Assembly: GCA_964544225.1 (NCBI GenBank)
Contig: CAZIZK010000001.1
Span: 54,856-118,855, forward strand
Origin: an uncultured Candidatus Saccharibacteria bacterium
Lineage (GTDB): Bacteria; Patescibacteriota; Minisyncoccia; Phycocordibacterales; UBA9973
Reading direction: 5' to 3'
DNA length: 64,000 bases
The notes under the pieces were generated by a model that did no database searches, was not told where the DNA came from, and saw nothing but the letters and a program-made list of their open reading frames with translations. Position numbers and translations under genes: made by a program. Shown piece after piece: positions 59,340 to 64,000 of the stretch. Every line of letters begins with the position of its first letter. Position 1 is the stretch's first letter.

Positions 59340-59861
59340 TTGAAAGAACGCATAAACAATCAAATAAGGGCAAAAGAGCTCCGAGTTATATCAAGCACAG
59401 GTGAGAACCTAGGTGTTTTAAGTTTCAAAGATGCTCTAGATAAAGCTCAAGCCGAGGGGTTGGACTTGATAGAAGTTACTTCTACTACAGTTCCACCCAT
59501 CGCAAAGATAATGGATCATGGTAAGTACCAGTACGAGAAGAACAAAAAGCAAAAGAAGATGCGTACAGGGGCAAAACCTACTGAAACCAAATCAATCCAA
59601 ATAAAGATAGCTACAGGTGAGAACGACTTGTCCCTCAAAGCAAAAAAGGCAAGCGAGTGGATGAAGGAAGGCCACCGCATAAAGATAGAACTATTTCTAT
59701 CCGGAAGAGCAAAGTATATGGAGGAAAAGTTTCTAAGGGAAAGGCTTGATAGAGTTCTGCAATTCATAACAGAACCATACAAGATAGCCGAGGAATATAA
59801 GAAGGGTCCAAAAGGTCCAACTATTACAATAGAGAAGGATAATAAAAAAGTAATTAATTAA
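59340..59861 (+). CDS. infC: Translation initiation factor IF-3 (non-ATG TTG start)
   Basis: INNQIRAKELRVI...LGVLS...AL..A...GLDLIEV; linked to rpmI and rplT. Confidence 0.9.
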   Translation: MKERINNQIRAKELRVISSTGENLGVLSFKDALDKAQAEGLDLIEVTSTTVPPIAKIMDHGKYQYEKNKKQKKMRTGAKPTETKSIQIKIATGENDLSLKAKKASEWMKEGHRIKIELFLSGRAKYMEEKFLRERLDRVLQFITEPYKIAEEYKKGPKGPTITIEKDNKKVIN

Positions 59862-59865
59862 TTTT

Positions 59866-60054
59866 ATGAAAACAAACAAATCACTTACAAAGCGTTTGAA
59901 GGTTACAAGAAATGGCAAGATCCTAGCACGTGCTCCAGGGTTCAACCACTTCAATGCAAAGCAGTCACGTACAAAGCAACTAGGTGCTCGCAAGGGTAAG
60001 GCTATAAAGCTTTCAAACAAAGATATCAATACACACTTCCAAAGTGCAAATTAA
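59866..60054 (+). CDS. rpmI: 50S ribosomal protein L35
   Basis: MKTNKSLTKRLKVTRNGKILARAPGFNHF... Confidence 0.9.
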   Translation: MKTNKSLTKRLKVTRNGKILARAPGFNHFNAKQSRTKQLGARKGKAIKLSNKDINTHFQSAN

Positions 60055-60078
60055 TAGGTTTAATATAATTTAAATACA

Positions 60079-60423
60079 ATGACAAGAGTAAAAAGAGGAG
60101 TAATGAAGAATAAGAAGCGCAAGAACGTTCTAGCCCAGACAAAAGGCTTTCGTTTTGGACGCAGTACAAAGGAGGCTCAGGCAAAGGAAGCAATCCTTCA
60201 CGCAGGGTCATACGCTTTTGCACACCGCAAGGACAAGAAGGCCGACGCACGTAGCCTATGGACTACACGTATCAACGCTGCTATCCGCACATTTGACATG
60301 TCATACAGTAAGTTCATCGACGTACTGAAGAAGAAGAACATAATGATCGACCGCAAAATACTCTCAACTCTTGCAAAGGAGAACCCAGAGACATTCGCAA
60401 GAATCGTATCACAAGTTAAATAA
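60079..60423 (+). CDS. rplT: 50S ribosomal protein L20
   Basis: MTRVKRGV...KGFRFGRSTKEAQAKEAILHAGSYAFAHRKDKK... Confidence 0.9.
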   Translation: MTRVKRGVMKNKKRKNVLAQTKGFRFGRSTKEAQAKEAILHAGSYAFAHRKDKKADARSLWTTRINAAIRTFDMSYSKFIDVLKKKNIMIDRKILSTLAKENPETFARIVSQVK

Positions 60424-60468
60424 ATACAAATAAAAATACCACCTTGTCGGTGGTATTTTTATTTGTAT

Positions 60469-61851
60469 TTATTTACAGTCGATTATTACACTCTCCCCTG
60501 CAAGAGGGGTCACAGCAGTGATACCTAGATTATCCTTTATCCTTTGAGCTAGAAACATTGCAGACTTTGGCTCGCCCATTACTACGAATACTTTCTTCAA
60601 TGTCTTTGCAGAGTTACTGACGAATTCTAATAGGTGTGCTGAGTCCTTGTGTCCAGAGTATCCATGAATGTCGACAACCTTTGCATTTAGTGGTATATCC
60701 TGACCCAGTATGTGTAGCTTCTTCTTTCCATCGGCAATAGCACGACCAAGTGTACCTACTGACTGGTACCCCACGAGGAGTATGGTATTGTTCGGGTCAG
60801 ATAGGTAGTTGTGCTCGTGGTGAACAATACGCCCGCCATTGCTCATACCGCTACCTGCCATGATCACCTTTGGGTTTGGAGTACGTAGTATGGCCTTTGA
60901 GTCCTCTGTCTCTTGGGTAAAGTGGAGTCCTGGAAAGTTGAATATGTCATCACCCTTTGCTATCATTGCGCGAGTCTCGTCGTTGAAATACTGTTCATAC
61001 TTCTTGTAAACCTTGGTCAATTTTATAGCCAATGGTGAGTCTAGGAATATTGGCATCTTTGGGATCTTGCCTTCGTTGGACATTTCGTTTAACTCGTACA
61101 ATACCTCCTGAGTACGCTCGAGTGAGAACATCGGTACAACCAGTACCCCCTTCCTCTCAAAGTTGTCATTGATAACTTTTGCTAGGTTATCGCGCCTTGT
61201 CTCGCGCCCCTCGTGATTTCTGTCGCCATATACTGACTCCATGATCATATAATCGGCATCATTGATAACTTCTGTGTCGTGTAATAGTGGTGCTGGGGAA
61301 TTGCCCAGGTCGCCTGTAAAGACTATCTTCTTGCCATTGTAAACTACCTCTACCATGCCAGCCCCTAATATATGGCCAGAGTCTTTGTATGAGAATTGGA
61401 AGCCATGATCCACATTGATAGCCTGGTGGTACTCTACCCCCTCCCACATAGACATGACCTTCTTTATATTCTCCTCATTGTATATCTTGCTGAGCTTGTG
61501 TTCCTTGTCGTGTGAAAGAATATTCATTGTATCTTCGAGCATGAATGCAGAGAGTTCCTTTGTGGGTATTGTAGATATGATACGGCCATTGAAGCCTTCG
61601 GCCACCACCTTTGGCAAACGACCAATATGGTCGATATGCGCATGAGTAATAAATATTATGTCTATTTCATTTGCCGGGTATTTAAAAGCTTCCCAGTTTA
61701 CATCGTCGGCCAATTTCTCGCCCTGGATCAAACCACAGTCAATAATGAACTTCTTGCCATTCCCTTCTATTAAAAAGTTGGCGCCAGTAACAGTACCGGC
61801 CCCAGATGCAAATGTAATCTTTAACTTTGTGTCTTTTATTTCTTCACTCAT
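60469..61851 (-). CDS. Metallo-beta-lactamase / beta-CASP ribonuclease (RNase J-like)
   Basis: HAHIDHIG motif, beta-CASP region, C-terminal RMMBL-like region. Confidence 0.7.
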   Translation of the reverse strand: MSEEIKDTKLKITFASGAGTVTGANFLIEGNGKKFIIDCGLIQGEKLADDVNWEAFKYPANEIDIIFITHAHIDHIGRLPKVVAEGFNGRIISTIPTKELSAFMLEDTMNILSHDKEHKLSKIYNEENIKKVMSMWEGVEYHQAINVDHGFQFSYKDSGHILGAGMVEVVYNGKKIVFTGDLGNSPAPLLHDTEVINDADYMIMESVYGDRNHEGRETRRDNLAKVINDNFERKGVLVVPMFSLERTQEVLYELNEMSNEGKIPKMPIFLDSPLAIKLTKVYKKYEQYFNDETRAMIAKGDDIFNFPGLHFTQETEDSKAILRTPNPKVIMAGSGMSNGGRIVHHEHNYLSDPNNTILLVGYQSVGTLGRAIADGKKKLHILGQDIPLNAKVVDIHGYSGHKDSAHLLEFVSNSAKTLKKVFVVMGEPKSAMFLAQRIKDNLGITAVTPLAGESVIIDCK

Positions 61852-61859
61852 ATTTATTA

Positions 61860-62258
61860 TTATACAGCTTTTGTAGGCTTTAAACTATCTTTTATTATGA
61901 ACAAGCCCATTATGCCCCCAGCCATGTCGAAACAAATATCGGAAACTGTATCGAGCTTGTTCCACACCTGCCCTGCGTATACATTGTTCACTAGGTATTC
62001 AAACACTTCCCACCCTACTCCTATGATCAATACTGCGAGCATGATGGCAGATACTGGTAGCATAGAGTACCTAGAAATAGCCCTGTAGAATATATAACCC
62101 ACCAACAACATGACCACTACCCCACCGAGGAAGTGCATAGGCATATCAAAATACCAGAATATGTAATACCACATAGCCTTCATGGCTATAAAGTTAATAA
62201 TAGCGACAAATATTATGAGTGTAGCGAGTATGGAGAGTATTTGTTTGCGAGGAATCAT
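61860..62258 (-). CDS. Hypothetical small membrane protein (four TM helices)
   Basis: 132 aa, hydrophobic. Confidence 0.4.
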   Translation of the reverse strand: MIPRKQILSILATLIIFVAIINFIAMKAMWYYIFWYFDMPMHFLGGVVVMLLVGYIFYRAISRYSMLPVSAIMLAVLIIGVGWEVFEYLVNNVYAGQVWNKLDTVSDICFDMAGGIMGLFIIKDSLKPTKAV

Positions 62259-62568
62259 AAATATATTATACCAGAAAATAAAAAATCCTCTTCCTTGCGG
62301 AAAAGAATCGTTTATTTAGGGCTACTCCCGGAAATATTACCATAGCGTTACGCTAAGTGGGTGTGTTGCAATTAAAACCAAAGCTTCATTTGACGGACGC
62401 TCCCCTAAAAAATGTGTTCTAGGTAATACGCCGTAATAACCCTACATAAATTATACCTGAATGATGAACCTATGCAAGTATTTTTACAATAAACCACACC
62501 TTTGACACGTATACAAATGTGGTTTAGAAGAAGTTTGACTAAAAATCTGAAAGATATATATTAAGAAG

Positions 62569-63015
62569 ATGAGTAACTCAGAAAAAAATTGTGTCTATTG
62601 TACAAAAGAAGATATAAAAGCTCGTGAAATTGTGGGCAACGAGCATGCTTGGGTATTCCCTACCAATATTCCTATTGTGCCAGGGCATGTATTGATAGCC
62701 CCACGTAGGTGTGTAACTAAATACGAAGACTTGAATGATAATGAAAAAGAATCTATAGAAAAATTAAGGGTGCAAATAATAAATGCACTTCGTAAAACAT
62801 TTGGAGCTTGCGGGTTCAACTATGCTTGGAATGAAGAACCTGTGGCTGGCCAATCTGTGCCACACTTTCACCTACACGTACTACCCCGCAAAGAAGGTGA
62901 TGAGGGTATCACAGAGTACGAACCTCGTAAATTCCTCTACCGCCCTGGTAGCCGTGAAGCGACTCCTGAAGAAGAACTAGCAGAAGTAGTAAAAATAATA
63001 AAAGATAATCTGTAA
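62569..63015 (+). CDS. HIT-family (histidine triad) hydrolase
   Basis: Histidine triad HFHLHVLPR. Confidence 0.85.
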   Translation: MSNSEKNCVYCTKEDIKAREIVGNEHAWVFPTNIPIVPGHVLIAPRRCVTKYEDLNDNEKESIEKLRVQIINALRKTFGACGFNYAWNEEPVAGQSVPHFHLHVLPRKEGDEGITEYEPRKFLYRPGSREATPEEELAEVVKIIKDNL

Positions 63016-63051
63016 AACAAAAATCCCCCATATAGGGGATTTTTGTTTTAA

Positions 63052-63525
63052 TTATTTCTTGTGTTCAGCGTAGATAAAGTCTGCGTCTATCTTCTGATAT
63101 TCAAAAATTTCATCAGCTTTAAAGAAACGCTTTACTTCTACTTCACCGTTCTCTACAGAGTCAGATGCGTGTACAATGTTTGATTGTGTAGAAAGTGAAA
63201 AGTCGCCACGGATAGTACCAGCATTTGCCTCCCAAGCTTTTGTAGGACCAACAAGCAAGCGTAGTGCAGAGATAGCATTGATACCCTCAACTGCCATAAC
63301 TACAACTGGACATGCCTTCATAAAATCACGGATACCAGGGAAAAATGGCTTGTCTTTGATATGTGCATAGTGTTCTTCTAGAACTGCATCTTCTATACTC
63401 ATCATCTTCATACCGATAACTTTCAAACCTTTCTTTTCAACACGGCTAACTATCTCACCTATTAGGTTCCTCTGCACTGCATCGGGCTTGATAATAATCA
63501 GAGACTTTTCAAATGTAGGATTCAT
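63052..63525 (-). CDS. ndk: Nucleoside diphosphate kinase
   Basis: ERSLIIIKPDAV...NIVHASDS active-site His motif. Confidence 0.9.
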   Translation of the reverse strand: MNPTFEKSLIIIKPDAVQRNLIGEIVSRVEKKGLKVIGMKMMSIEDAVLEEHYAHIKDKPFFPGIRDFMKACPVVVMAVEGINAISALRLLVGPTKAWEANAGTIRGDFSLSTQSNIVHASDSVENGEVEVKRFFKADEIFEYQKIDADFIYAEHKK

Positions 63526-63595
63526 ATAATTTAATCAAAATATTAATAAATAATAAGGTTATCTTAGCAAAAAAACCCTTAAAAATCAACCGTTA

Positions 63596-64000
63596 TTACT
63601 TCTTGTATTTATTCATGATTTCCTCTTCGACTTCGTCGCGGTCGCGACCATACTTTAGATATGATAGTTCTTTCAAACTCTCTACAATTGCCGGGTTACC
63701 CTGTGGTGGCATGAATGTCTTGATATTGAACGGCTTTGTGGGCTGGCCTTTTACGAGCATCGATACATACGCATTGTAGTTATCGATCTTCATTATGTCT
63801 TGTTTGGTAAAGACTGGCTTGAACTTGCTCTCTAGGAATTCGGCATCCTCGGCAGACACGCGGAACACAGCCATAGAACCCACGTTACCGAAGACTGCGT
63901 TCTTTATCTTTTCCTCCAGCTGGCTTATGTATTGGTGGGCAACAGTAAGTGATAGACGGTATTTACGAGCCTCGGAAAGGATCGATGAGATAGAGTCTGT
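63596..64000 (-). CDS. C-terminal part of a VirB4/VirD4(TraG)/HerA-FtsK-superfamily ATPase (N-terminus beyond the right window edge)
   Basis: Manual extension of the frame upstream of the listed ORF gives ...SEARKYRLSLTVAHQYISQLEEKIKNAVFGNVGSMAVF..., an RK..L.L.TQ...QL arginine-finger/C-terminal motif typical of these ATPases. Confidence 0.35.
   Translation of the reverse strand, partial: TDSISSILSEARKYRLSLTVAHQYISQLEEKIKNAVFGNVGSMAVFRVSAEDAEFLESKFKPVFTKQDIMKIDNYNAYVSMLVKGQPTKPFNIKTFMPPQGNPAIVESLKELSYLKYGRDRDEVEEEIMNKYKK

Noticed and set aside
1-64000. Possibility of an alternative genetic code (UGA recoding, as in some CPR lineages)
   Set aside because: All long conserved genes (purL 991 aa, recG, copA, ftsH, nrdJ) are intact with standard stops, TAA stops predominate, and no in-frame TGA is needed to complete any gene.

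Overview
This window is a low-GC bacterial chromosome segment (standard genetic code, small genes, often no Shine-Dalgarno). It may come from a reduced-genome lineage such as Patescibacteria/CPR, but that is inference only. It has a conserved core and three accessory blocks.

Conserved core (about 29-64 kb): DoxX-like membrane protein, an orphan histidine kinase and receiver, recG, a YibE/F membrane protein, a Fur-family regulator (probably Zur) and zupT with a perfect palindromic operator between them, a tRNA on the minus strand with anticodon UAU, an HExxH protein, ftsH, and smpB followed directly by the tmRNA gene. A minus-strand de novo purine cluster follows (purB, purC, purM, purE, purK, a nudix gene, a guanylate-kinase-like gene, purD, purN, purF, purQ, and a PurS-PurL fusion). 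Then come a GlmM/phosphomannomutase-family gene split at an A7 run, truB, infC-rpmI-rplT, an RNase J-like gene, a HIT gene, ndk, and a partial VirB4/VirD4-superfamily ATPase at the right edge.

Accessory block 1 (1 to about 7.2 kb) is phage-derived. It holds a terminase large subunit truncated by the window edge (found by manual translation, not in the ORF track), a terminase-small-subunit-like HTH protein, and a ParB-nuclease/DNA-methyltransferase fusion. Next is a tightly packed six-gene plus-strand operon headed by a LexA/CI-like S24 repressor and carrying a TIR-like (DUF1863/ThsB-like) protein, a caspase-like C14 peptidase with an intact His/Cys dyad, and a membrane-anchored DUF2726 PD-(D/E)xK-like nuclease. 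This operon is the best candidate for an uncharacterised SOS- or phage-inducible defence/abortive-infection module.

Accessory block 2 (about 7.2-17.1 kb) contains a NirK-like multicopper protein, a class II B12-dependent ribonucleotide reductase with an adjacent PduO-type adenosyltransferase, an ArsR regulator, and a copper-resistance island (cupredoxin-like protein, HMA-DsbD_2 protein, copA, DUF305, csoR with a 25-bp palindromic operator).

Accessory block 3 (about 17.1-28.9 kb) contains a large serine recombinase, a GC-richer overlapping two-gene module of unknown function (839 aa plus 355 aa), several hypothetical proteins, a second island with two more DNA methyltransferases (three in total, no recognisable restriction endonuclease), and two strongly structured non-coding regions.

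A roughly 77-nt element is duplicated in the 5' leaders of purN and purF and shows compensatory base changes in a hairpin, suggesting a cis-regulatory RNA.
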